Of a DNA stretch of 64,000 nt, positions 38,465 to 50,345 are shown one piece after another; positions within the stretch are counted from its first letter, which is position 1; each line of letters opens with the position of its first letter. Origin of the DNA: Neoconidiobolus thromboides FSU 785. Its lineage: Eukaryota > Fungi > Entomophthoromycota. A program made the translations under genes and the position numbers. The notes beneath the pieces are model-generated. The model saw only the letters and a list, made by a program, of their open reading frames with translations, was not told the DNA's origin and made no database searches. The stretch is taken from positions 62,001 to 126,000 of the forward strand of contig MU626290.1 of assembly GCA_025603075.1 (NCBI GenBank). The letters are read 5' to 3'.

Positions 38465-39467
38465 ATGTTTTATAGGGGACTTATTAATCGAAATTTATTT
38501 AAAACGGATATCAATAGTTTAAGTAAAATAATATTCATTTAATAGTACTATTAACTTACTTTAATTTTAATTAGCTAAAAGTTTAACTAAATTAAACTTA
38601 AATACTCAACTATCTGCTCCAAAGTAAATATAAATATATTGTCCAATTTAATAACAAAGATTAATAATTAATTAAATAGATTAATTGCCTCAAAAATAGA
38701 ATTTAAAAAATTTCATACCAATGTTAAATTATTAGAAGAAAAACCAGAACAACCAGTTAAACCAGATCAATCCGCTTCATCTTTATTTTCTCAAACATTT
38801 AAAGAAATTGAAACCAAAGTAGAATTAGATAAATATGGTATACCAATAGAAAGAGAGGTAATTATCAATACATAATATGACATAATATATAATAGACGTT
38901 TATTTTAATAATTTTAATAATATCTCTATAGTATCGTTATTCTACCACTAATTTTAAAATCGGGTTACGTAAATTAATGTTATTAGCAAACCAAATATCT
39001 GGATTATCAATTAATCAAGCTATCTTACAAATGCAGTTTTCCCAGAAAAGAGCTAGTAAAAAAATTATGAATGCTTTAGTATTTTCTAGAAAAAATGCCC
39101 AATTACAAAAAAATTTTGATCCAGAGCGTATGTATATTGGTAATTAATTTTATACTTACTTTTTAGATACGATAAAATTAATCATTTTCTTTATTCATCT
39201 CTTCATCTAGCTCAAGCATGGGTAGGAAAAGGCAATTATATAACTAATTTAATAGATATTAAAGGAAGAGGAAGATTTGGTTTAAAAGAGCATCCATTTT
39301 GTCATATGAAATTTATATTTAAAGAAAAAGTAGAAAATCCAAAGCCAACTGTTGAAGGAATGAACGAACGTCGTAAAATTAAAGGTTTTTATCTTCGCCG
39401 TAATGTTTGGCATCCTCATAGAGATACTCGACCAATTTATAACCCAAAACCATTTTACAATTGGTGA
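38465..39467 (+). CDS. MRPL22: Mitochondrial ribosomal protein uL22m
   Basis: NFKIGLRKLMLLANQISGLSINQAILQMQFSQKRAS, YIAQAWVGKG, IKGRGRFG; start codon tentative. Confidence 0.85.
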
Positions 39468-39791
39468 TAAGTTGAAATTTCAATCGATTTAGTAGAAATA
39501 TTAAAAATAAAAATATATAATAAATGATAAGATAATGTCGTTTATGAAATTGTATTTATCATGAGTTTATTGTTTTCAAAAACTTGAATGCTATTATTTA
39601 TAAACGAAAGCACAAGTCAAATGACATTATAGAATAACTATAATTATAATTATACTCTAGAAAAAAACACTTTTTGTATTGTGCTATACAATAAAACCAT
39701 ACTATTTATTTATGTTTAATATACTAATAAAATATGTCATTAATAAAAATCAGCTTTCATGAAAACTCTTGCCCTTGTATTTTATAAAAGA

Positions 39792-39895
39792 TATGGGTGC
39801 GTTTTTAACTTCATTACTTTTTCCATTTTTTTTAAGTGCTACTTAAGTGGAAAATTTGTTAGTAAAATTCTTGAACACAAAAATACGTCCACATA
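39792..39895 (-). mobile_element. MITE copy 12
   Basis: Reverse match; AAGTAGC variant shared with copy 13. Confidence 0.88.
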
Positions 39896-40232
39896 TAGTC
39901 AAAAATTAAAACTGAAAGTAATATTTAAAAATAAAATAAAATCCATCATTTTCAAAAATTTCAAATCAATAAATTTATAGTTTAAAGTTAGCTGTTTTAA
40001 CTTTAATATTATTCTTAATTTACTATCATGTTATTAAGTTAGCGTTTAGTTAAAAAGATTGTTATAAAAAATCATGTCTTCTTCACAATGCAATATCTAG
40101 AAAAAATGTCTAAAAAAATACTAAATAAGGTAAATATCATTAATGTAAAATACCAATAAATAAAGTTGTTAACTTTGAGATTAAAAATCAAACATAAACT
40201 ATCAGAAAAATTATGGTACAATCAAACTACTA

Positions 40233-40337
40233 TATGAGGATGTATTTTTTTGTGTAAGAATTTTACTAACAAATTTCCCACTTAAGTAGCGCTTAAAAAA
40301 TGGAAAAAGTGATGAAACTATAAAAAACATTGCTATA
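40233..40337 (+). mobile_element. MITE copy 13
   Basis: TATGAGGATGTATTTTTT...TAGCGCTTAAAAAATGGAAAAAGTGATGAA. Confidence 0.88.
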
Positions 40338-40344
40338 TACTAAT

Positions 40345-40940
40345 ATAGAACATTGTTCTTTATTATGTTACCCATTGCATTTGTTAACACCGCAATCTAA
40401 GCTACTATAGGAACCAATAGTCTTTTAAAACAAGGTGATGTTGATCTCTGTAGAGACACTTAAGGAGTCTTTGAGATTTCACTTTTAAATATCAATATGA
40501 AAATCCCTTAATATATAAAGATGAAGAAGAGAATATAGGGATGTATTTTTAGATTTAAGAATCTTATTAACAATTTTCCCACTTAAATAACACTTAAAAG
40601 ATAGAAAAAGTAATAAAGCCAAAAAAACACCTCCATATTATACTTGGATAGGGCGAATACTACGATCCGTTTAAACCGTGGGAAGGGAGCAAAAATGGCT
40701 ACGCACTTAAAATAACATGAATGTAAATGTTGGTGTTATAAGATGGTATGGATAAAATATTGATGTTAAGTTAATGAAGCATGAGTTTGATGAAGCATAT
40801 AGTATTAAGTGTGATTATCGAACATACATCGAATTAACCAGAAATAGCAACCTTAGAGAGGAATTAAATAGGTGTAATAAGAATTACACTAAACTTGAAG
40901 GCTTAAATGTACTTCTTTTGTTTATCATCCAATTTCATTA
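40345..40940 (+). pseudogene. Possible decayed ORF interrupted by MITE copy 14
   Basis: Frame reads YRTLFFIMLPIAFVNTAI*ATIGTNSLLKQGDVDLCRDT*GVFEISLL... with sparse TAA stops; long open stretch resumes after the MITE; no family recognised. Confidence 0.3.
40534..40637 (+). mobile_element. MITE copy 14
   Basis: TATAGGGATGTATTTTT...AAAAAACACCTCCATA. Confidence 0.88.
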
Positions 40941-41818
40941 ATGGATAACATTGCTAATGTTATTAGTAATACACATTTAATATTGGGCCTTCGTGTTTGA
41001 ATTTTTTGATTTTAGGTTATCTATATCTAATAACATGTTTTGAAAAGCTAATTCTAATAATAGTCAACATTTTTTATAAGTATATAGGTATTTCAACTAC
41101 TTTTAATTTCCAATTGTTTAATATACTAAACAATTTTATTTTGTTGATAATGCTTTTATTTTTTATTCAATAATGATGGGTGTTTTCAGAAACATAAATA
41201 GAATTTTAAAGAGTAAATTATTCATTAGGAAACTTAAATGAAATAAAAATGTAGTCTAAAAATAACTTGTTTTAATACAATCTTAAATAATCGTACGTAT
41301 GTTTTCAATAGAATAAAACAGCAGTTAAAGGCCATAAAGTTTATATTTATCTACATGTTATATAATAGTCTTATTATTTTGATATTTAATCTAATTTGAT
41401 ACTTATTTTATTTATCTTACTTTTTATTTTGATTAATTGTTTTAATAAATCAATTAATATAAAAAATATATCAATTTTAAGTTTTTGAAAAAAAATTCGT
41501 TACTTTGATATTCTTATTAGTAGACGTTAACATTTTGTTACTTAGTTGATCTTACCCATTTTGTTATCTTAGTTTAAATGTGGGTGTTAAAACGGTATTT
41601 GATTGGTGGAAAAGCATAAAAAACCAATCAAGTTTTTAAAAATTAGTAAAGAGGGAGGCTAAAGGTCACAATTAATCAAATGTATCATATCAAGCTGGTA
41701 GGCTTTAAAAATAAATAGATAAACAGAAAAATTATAAATTTAGTCTTTTTTTTTAATTTTGAAAATTTTACTTTGCTATTTATTTAAAAGTTTTTATATT
41801 CAATTTCTTTCTTTAATC

Positions 41819-42616
41819 ATGAGCGTTTTAAGTTTACCATGGAACCTTATCCCTTTTACAACTAAACAAAATGGTGGTATCTTTAATCACCAGAAAATTG
41901 ATGAATCTATTCAATGTACTTTAAGGGCTATTGACGAAGATTGCAGAGGTGATAATGACGTTGCTATTGATTTATATTTTGAGGCTTTATCTTCAATGAT
42001 AGATGCATTACCAGGTAGTTTTATTCATTTTTATATTATTGTAAACTAATCTTTTTAGAAAGTAAAGATCCAAAACGTAATAAGTTAATTAAACATAAAT
42101 TTGCCACAATCATATCTCGTAAAGTTCATGCCATTGAGCTTCCACATATGCCAAGGTAATTTATTACTTTTTAAAGCTTTACATGATACTAATAATATAA
42201 GGCGAGTTGCAAGTGAAAGTAGTTTATCAAGTATTAATTTAAACGATAGTATAGATCAAAAGAGAGGTCAAGATGGTAAAAATAATAAACCATCTACATT
42301 ATCTGATAGAGTAGTTCAAGCCGCAGTAGCAGGAGCAGTGGCTTTAAAACAATCTCCTTTACCTGATGCTGTACGCTCAACTGTAAGTTATACGATTCAA
42401 AAAGCTCAAGCTATTGATAAATATATTGGGGTTCAAAGTATGTGTTGGGAAGTTGGCAAAGTAGGTATCAATAAAGCATTAGAATTGGATGAACAATATA
42501 ATTTACATGAAAAAGTATCAGCCGCATTAATGACTTCAGCTACAGCAGTAATTAGAGCAGGGATAGCTTATCAAGAAGCTGCTTCTTACAAAGATTTACG
42601 TAAAGAGAGAGAATAG
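41819..42616 (+). CDS. Conserved hypothetical protein with MIT-like N-terminal helical domain
   Basis: 3-exon model; AIDED..GDNDVAIDLYFEALSSMIDALP (MIT-like); helical C-terminus LDEQYNLHEKV. Confidence 0.6.
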
Positions 42617-43945
42617 ATAGAATTGACATATCAAGCAATTTTTAGACATGTTGGTATTTATTTGGTATTCTTATTTTTTGTTATTATCATCCTTTACTTT
42701 TCTAGTTTATACCCTTGAAATATAATAATATTAGAATTATATGTTTTTAATTAAATGTTAAGTTGAACGTTGAATATTTATTTTTACTTCTTTGTTAATG
42801 AATTCGGCATTTTTAATTTAAATTTAGTTAGGGACTTAATGATGTAAGGTTTTTTAATTTAAAAAAATGACAAAATAATGAGAATAATATTAATATTTTA
42901 ATTATATTCTCTTAATTCCGCCTTGAGTTTATTCTAAATAACAAATGGGACTAAAGTTTTGAATTTATTAACATCATCTTTTAGATATGATTATTAATTC
43001 AATATGTTTGATTTTAAAGAGAGTATTTACTACAATGGTAAAAATATAAAGAATAACTTTGAGTTTAATTTAAAACTTTCTAAAGCTTATTTATTATAAA
43101 TATACTCAATTTATTTCAACCTATTGTTCTAATTGTAAAGTAAGATAGTATTGTTTATTAACATAACAAAAGGATTTGCTTATAAAAGTGTAGAGCTATT
43201 GGTGAGGTGAAAAGTATGGGTTTATTACTAAAAGACGAATTTAAAATCCGCAAATTGAAATATCATTAATTACAAGTTTAGATTACTAATAAACTTTTTA
43301 TTAGTAATTATAGTCATTATACAATTCAAATATTGAAATTTATTAACTTTATCCCCTAGTGTAAAGTATAAAAGTTTATTATTAGAAGGTTATGAATTTA
43401 TATATATTAATGTAATCACCTAAAATATAATATTAAAAATGCCTTGAACTTGCAAAATAGAATTTACAATCATTTCAGTATTTATCAAACTTTAAAGCAA
43501 TAGTTGAAATACATTTAAAATACTTGAAATTCTATTTATTGCATTTCCTATATTAAGTAAAGGCTAGATTAAGGCTTAGGGCGAAACCAGAACAGAATAG
43601 TTTCTAAAAATAAATAAGCATTGCTTTTTAAAATTAAAGCAGGATTAAATTTCATTATTGACTTGTGTATTTTATCATATTTATGAACTAGCTAAACTAA
43701 AATTCTATTTAAAAATTCTATTTTCAATACTAAAAATTGGTGCAACAAATTCACTTAATTTCACCTATCAAATTTATTTGAACTCCAAATTAAATTTAAT
43801 AATTATTATTTTTAATTAAATTTAAATGTCATACTTAACTATCCTTTAATTTTATTTATTTTATTTGAAGTGACTCAATTTCAACCTTACTTTCTTATCA
43901 ATTTATATGAACTCAATTATTTAATATTTTATATAACTAATAAGC

Positions 43946-44950
43946 ATGAACGATATTCAATCTGATAAAGCAATAACTGAGATCTTACAGTATTCTTCGC
44001 TTATTAAATACAATATTCTTTACGCAGTTATAGCACTATCAGTAATAGGCTTTATAATGAATTTTCTGGTGTTATTCTTTGTATTTCAACTTAAGGAAAA
44101 GAAGACGGTGGATACAAGGTTAGTAACCTCAATTGCTTTAGTCGACATAATAGCTTCGATTTCCACTATATTATTAGATGTACCATTACTAATCACCAAT
44201 TTCAATTTATTCTATCAACCATGGTTTCGAGTTTTGAATGGAGTGGTATTAAATGCTTTACATGCATCTTCACTATTACTAATTGGAATGTTAAGTTTAG
44301 AAAGATTTCTTTTAATTACTAAAAGTATAAGGCTTAAAGCATCTACTTGGTTTTCAATATCCTCTACATTAATCTTAATACTATGGTTATTGTATATATT
44401 AGCAGCCATTTTTAAAAAGATACGGTTGATGCCATCTGGAGCTTATTGTGAATTATTGATGTGGGAGGACAATATTAGTATGGCTTTTTACCTAATCACT
44501 TCACTTTTATTAACAATCTGTGGTATTGCTATGACTTATTTTTATTTAAAAATTATTTGTTATTCTAAAAAAATCAGTGTAGAACTTAATCATTTAACAA
44601 ATGAAATCAACCGTGGTATACCTAATATCGGAGAAGGAATATGCAATTATTTAAATGAAAATTTAAATACAAATCCGGTCAAAAAGAATGATAAAGTGAA
44701 TCGACGTTGTATTGTTTTTATAGTAATATACAATATTTGCTTTTTGCCGTTTATTGTAGCTTTGTTATATGAATTATTTAATGGAGACCCCAATCTTCCA
44801 ATGGATTGTTTAAATCCTATATCATTTGCTGCTACTTCCTGTTGTAATCCAATATTAACTTTATTACTGCATAAACCTACAAGAACAAGAGCAATTCAAT
44901 TTTTTGTAAAGAATAAACCAATTGTTGAGAATCAAACGAACAAAGTGTAA
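43946..44950 (+). CDS. Class A (rhodopsin-like) 7TM G-protein-coupled receptor, intronless
   Basis: Seven hydrophobic segments; TM1 N, TM2 ALVD, TM3 LSLERF (DRY-like), SGAYC in ECL2, TM6 CFLP, TM7 CNPIL. Confidence 0.8.
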   Translation: MNDIQSDKAITEILQYSSLIKYNILYAVIALSVIGFIMNFLVLFFVFQLKEKKTVDTRLVTSIALVDIIASISTILLDVPLLITNFNLFYQPWFRVLNGVVLNALHASSLLLIGMLSLERFLLITKSIRLKASTWFSISSTLILILWLLYILAAIFKKIRLMPSGAYCELLMWEDNISMAFYLITSLLLTICGIAMTYFYLKIICYSKKISVELNHLTNEINRGIPNIGEGICNYLNENLNTNPVKKNDKVNRRCIVFIVIYNICFLPFIVALLYELFNGDPNLPMDCLNPISFAATSCCNPILTLLLHKPTRTRAIQFFVKNKPIVENQTNKV

Positions 44951-45737
44951 AAGATGAAATACTCAAAGATTTTACTTTAATACAAACTCAAGAGTTAAGG
45001 GTTAAAGGTAACTTTATAGAGCTGAGCTCATTCCATTTTCAATAAAACACCCTAATTTTTATTTTTTATTATTTTATCATATTTTATAAAAGAATTATAA
45101 TGTAATATATTATATATAAGTATCCTTATTTTCAAAGTTAATAAACAATTAGTATCATTTGTTGAAAGAGAACCAAAATACCTTTAAATTATAATTTAAG
45201 TAAATAAGAATGAATTAGCGAAAATCAATGAATTGTTACTCAGGATAAGAACTTAATCTATTATTTATTATTTGCTTGGATATTAAATTTAAAAGGTTGT
45301 ATAGAAGTTAAATACATGGTTACTATAACCAAGGATAATTTTATAAACAACTTCTTCTAATGTCCAAATTTAATAATTCTATATTCGGTGCCATTAATTT
45401 TTATAAAGGTATTCCTAAAGTAATCTCCTCTTTTGGACGATTCGAACATGGTAATATATAAAACTGTCACAATTAATTTTTTTACATAAAAAGTACTTTG
45501 TATTTGGAGATAAAAAATATTTACTGCTATAACTAATAGCTTTTTTATTTTTTTGGCCAAAAGTGATTACTTTAGGAATTACCTTTATATCACATTTTGT
45601 TGGATAGAACTCTATTTAATATTATATTAATTTATTATATTCATTGAAAAGAATAATTAGTAGCTATAACTTTTATCCCAATATTAGTTGTTAATAATAA
45701 TATACTTTTAATATATTGTTACTTTAAAGCAACTAAG

Positions 45738-45745
45738 TATAAATA
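45738..45745 (+). promoter_or_regulatory. TATA box upstream of the secreted peptide gene
   Basis: TATAAATA ~80 bp upstream of ATG 45821; weak evidence in AT-rich DNA. Confidence 0.35.
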
Positions 45746-45820
45746 CTCTACTTTAGCTTTCTTTTTATATCATACAATTTTAGTATTTTAATATTTTAAT
45801 ATCTTACTACTCTATCTAAT

Positions 45821-46060
45821 ATGAAGTTTTCTGGTATATTACTCATAGTTACTGCTTTATCTGCTACCTCTGCTTTATCTATCCCTTCTAATATTGCAAG
45901 ATCTTTTAGACAGGAAGCTAAGGATGTCGTTGTTCGTGGAATCGGTAAAAGTATTGTAGGTGCCCTTACCGATGTTGCTACTTCGGTTGTAGGCGATAAA
46001 GGTCTCATTGGTGGAGGTATTAAAGCTGCTGGTGGTCTCCTCCAAAAAATCATCCCTTAA
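45821..46060 (+). CDS. Small secreted prepropeptide (79 aa) with putative 40-aa amphipathic mature peptide
   Basis: Signal peptide MKFSGILLIVTALSATSA, pro-segment ending VVR, then GIGKSIVGALTDVATSVVGDKGLIGGGIKAAGGLLQKIIP; GC and codon bias (GGT/GCT/GTT) stand out from flanks. Confidence 0.8.
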   Translation: MKFSGILLIVTALSATSALSIPSNIARSFRQEAKDVVVRGIGKSIVGALTDVATSVVGDKGLIGGGIKAAGGLLQKIIP

Positions 46061-46383
46061 TTTATTCCTAGTTTAGTAAAATAAATTAATATTAAGTAGT
46101 TTTAAATTAAATTATTATAAGATCTATTATTAAAAAGTCATAATTTAAAGTCTTCGATATATTATATCATGTAAAAAGATTATAAAATTTTAAACGAAAA
46201 AAGAATATAAGAGACTATCATTATATACAAATACCATGTATTTAGTACAAAATAATGTATCAACTTAAATATTTTATTTGAATTCACTTGATTATCAACT
46301 TAGGATTGCATTATTAAATTGCTTGTAATTTATTTTTAGCAATTTTTATTTTTTATTTTTTACTTATTTAAACTCCATAAAAT

Positions 46384-48318
46384 ATGTCATTAGCTCAAGA
46401 ATTATTAGACGATTTAGACGACTCTATGTCTGAAGGAGAAAACTATGAAAATGAAAATGAAGATAAACAAGAAGACTCAGAAGGTGAAATGGAAGAAGAT
46501 CAAGATGAAAAAGAAGATTCAATCGAAAGGAAAGATGTTGATTCAATCAATTCGGGATCCATTGAATCTCAAGCTAAGTTATTGAAATCCAAAGAAATGA
46601 TCGAAACTTTAAGAGTAAGTAGTTCTAGATAAAATCTGGATACTAATAGCAATTTATATTTTAGAAAATTGAAGAAATAAAGAAGGATAAGGATAAACAA
46701 GAAACCAAGCTTATTGGTATTATGGAGCAAGATCCTCAATATAAATTAATTGTCAGCTCAAATACATTAGTTGCAGAAATTGATAATGAATTGGTCACAG
46801 TTATAAAAGTAAATAATTTCAGCAACAACTATCATTAATTTATTAGTTTAGTTTATTAGAGATAATTATATCACTAGATTTAAAGGGCTTGATACTTTGA
46901 TAACATCGCCATTAGACTATGTTAGAACAGTAAAAATGATCGGAAAAGAAAAAGTAAATTTATCTGTTTAAAATATAAAATAACTTATTAATTTATAGGA
47001 TTTGACGAAACTTAATCTCAAATCGATTTTAACACCAGTAAATGTGATGATTTTAACTGTAGCCAATACGGATTTAGTATCAAGAGAGATTGATGATAAA
47101 TCTTTGCAAGAAGTTTTGAAAGCATGCGATATGGCTCTTGAATTAGATGAAGCTCAAAAAATAGTAAGTAGTATTTCTATTAACGCTAAACAACTATGAT
47201 TTATAAATTTTAGCTTATTAATTTTGTTGAATCTCGTATGAACTATATTGCTCCAAATCTATCAGCAGTCGTTGGAACTACCACTGCAGCTAAATTGTTA
47301 GGTGTTGCTGGTGGTTTAAATGCTTTAGGTAGAATCCCAGCTTGCAATTTACAGGTAATCAAGCTAAACAAAACCATTTATAAATGGTATTAATATCACT
47401 ATTAGACCTTAGGTTCATCAAAATCTATTAGTGCTGGGTTTTCAAAAGCAGCAACTAAAAATCACTTTGGATTTATATATTACTCTGAAATAGTCAAAGA
47501 GGCTCCGGTTGACGAAAGAAGAAGAATGGCTAGATTTGTAGCCAATAAGTATGATGATTTATTTATTTTCTCATAAATCTAATATTCTATAGAGCAGCAT
47601 TAGCAGTTAGAATTGATTTAGCACAGGCTTCACGTGATGGTAAGTAACATCCATTTTCTTGATCATTAATAGTTAATTTGACTTATAGGAAGCCAAGGCA
47701 AAGCTTTAAAAGAAGAAGTTAGAAAAAAATTAGACGTTGTGATGCAGCCACCACCAAGCAAAAATATTAAAGCGCTTCCAGTACCAGATGACGGCCCCAA
47801 AAAGAGACGCGGTGGGAGGAGGTAATGAAAAAGCACTATCTTAAAAATGATCTAAATTAATATCATAATGTGTTTATAGAGCAAGAAAGAATAAGGAATC
47901 TTTGGCTCAAACAGAACTTCGTAAAGCTCAAAATCGAGTTAACTTTGGTGAAGCTGAAGATGAAGCACATGGGCTTGACAGCTCTGTAGGGCTTGGTACT
48001 ATGACATCAAATAGAGGCAAAATTCGTGCTGCAGCCATTGATACTCGTACAAAAAGTAAGTTTGGTTTTTACTTTAATGTCACTATTATCTAACTCTATT
48101 CAGCATCGGTAAGTAAAAAATATAAAGCAATGTTATCTAAAACAAATTCCAACGTTGGGGGCACCATTACATCTGGGTTTACTACTTCATTAGCTTTTAC
48201 ACCGGTACAAGGTATTGAACTCGAGAATCCAGATTATAGAAAACAAAAAGTTAAGGAAGCCAATGACAAATACTTTGGTGTTGGACAATCATTTATTAAT
48301 GTTAAAAAGAAAGAATAA
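46384..48318 (+). CDS. PRP31: U4/U6 snRNP splicing factor Prp31
   Basis: [79 protein letters not shown]. Confidence 0.96.
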
Positions 48319-48564
48319 ATGAACTGATATAAATTAATGAATAAATTGCCGTTTATTTAAATATTTGCTTTTTTATCTCTGTAGTTATTTGTTGATAAGT
48401 TTAATTTTTTTTAAAACAATCATTTACTATTTTTGGTAAATATTTTAAAACTTCCTCCACTAATTAAAATATAACAGATTTAAAAGGTCAATTTTATTTA
48501 TTAAATGTCATTAATATTAAACAGAAAACAAAAATAAGAGAGAAGATTAAAAGCGTTTTCAATT

Positions 48565-49913
48565 TCAATATCTTTCCTTAGATAGGGGATTATAATAATT
48601 AAAATTAGTTGAATCTAAAGGAAGATTAGTTGGTGGTGGTCGATAATAATTAGTACTATTATCTAGGCTAGATTGAGCTCGTATCGATCTTCTAGAATAA
48701 GAGGCAAAGGTTGAATTAATAGAACTTCTACTAGAAATTTGAATACTTTGATGTCGATTTGGCGTTGTTCTACCTTTTTTTAAGAGTGAATGGTTAAATT
48801 GATTGTTACCATTGAATTGGGAGTAATTGCTTGAAGAAGAACTCATATAACTTTCGGTTATTGAATTTTTACGCTGTCTGTTGTACTGATGCTTATTCTC
48901 ATATTTGATTGATAGTATTGTATTTAAGTTAGGTAATGTCGGACTAGGTAACTTTAAATAACCCTCTTGATGATTCTTCATATCTTTTTGTCTCATTTCC
49001 TTTTGCCTTTGTAATCTTTGGTATGATAATAGCTTTGAGATTCTATTTTTAAGATAAGTAAAATATTAATTTAATATGAATTAAAACTACCTTTTATCAA
49101 TTTCATGGCAACAATATTCTTTTAAATTTCCTTGAATTTTAAATATTAAAACAATATATAGTAATGCAGCTAATACTACGAGTAGAGCAGTTATAATAAA
49201 TAGAATATTGGAAATTGCCAAAGTTGCTAGAGTAAAGTAGGACAGTAATTTTGAACTTGAAAAATTATGAATACGTTCAAGTATTGCTGCTTCATTACCC
49301 CTTAACGAAATTAAAAACCTTATTAAAATATAGCTTTTTAACATTTCTCTACCGATATCTACTAATAAAAATCTTTTCCACCCTTAAAATAAAATTAGCA
49401 TGTAAAATTAAAATTGTGATGAAAGCTACCTTTTAATGTAAAATAGATAAAAAAAGTGATACTTTCGGTCAATGTCCTCGGTTCAGCTAATTTTTTAAAA
49501 AAACAATAGTTTTTATAGTTGGTAAGTATATACAATCGATGAGCTATAACGTTTGTGTAAACAACCGATATATCTTTGGATTTTATAATTTTATAAGACT
49601 TATATAATTCATAGGGGACTAATATAATTGAGCAAGATAAGGAAGCATAAAACACGTATGCAAACCATTTCTCATGATATGGTCCAAAATATAGATCTAA
49701 AGCTTTATCTCCATTGGTGATCAAATTAATAGTTGTCCATATATCTGAGCAGTACATCAATATAGTTTTAAATAAGATTAAAAATGGGGCTATATAGCTT
49801 AATTTTGTTATAATTCTTTCATCGTAAAATTGATCAATATCGATATAATCAAATTTAAAGTCAGTTATTGATTCTCTTTTCCAATGAGTATCCTTCCATT
49901 TTATCAAATTCAT
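48565..49913 (-). CDS. KCH1: Kch1/Prm6-family membrane protein (low-affinity K+ transporter-like)
   Basis: HWKRE...FKFDYIDI, SDIWT.INL, FFIYFTLK|GWKR, GNLKEYCCHEIDKR|ISKL, LPSPTLP; 3 exons. Confidence 0.8.
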
Positions 49914-50345
49914 AAAAAATTTCAATTATAAAATTATAAAAAACTAAATAAATATATTGATGATAATATATATTGTAATTTTTATTTTTATTTTTATTTT
50001 TCTATATTTGTTAATTTGAAATTCTTTAGATCAATTAAGAGTACAGCCAATCACTTTCTTAGTTAAAATCGGATCACCTTGCTACTCGTTAATCAAGTAT
50101 CATCTGTGGATATTCATTTAATTACTGCTAAAAATTTCATCTCCATCAAATTAAATTGATATCATTATTAAATATTCAGGTGCTATCATTATAAATGCTG
50201 CTTTATTTAAAACATCATTAAAATGATACAGGATCGTAATTTAACCTTTAATTTAACATTCTAATAAACTTATTTTCCTAATTGATTAATTTAGTATTAT
50301 TACGTTATTAAGTTAACTTAAAATAGATAAACAATAGCACATTTA

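Noticed and set aside
39759-39980. ORF-track entries overlapping MITE copies (also 9277-9489 and 52977-53195)
   Set aside because: Incidental frames running through the repeat; low-complexity F/K/L composition
45430-45450. GTTCGAATCG on the minus strand near the peptide gene
   Set aside because: No A-box or stems; not a tRNA or SINE
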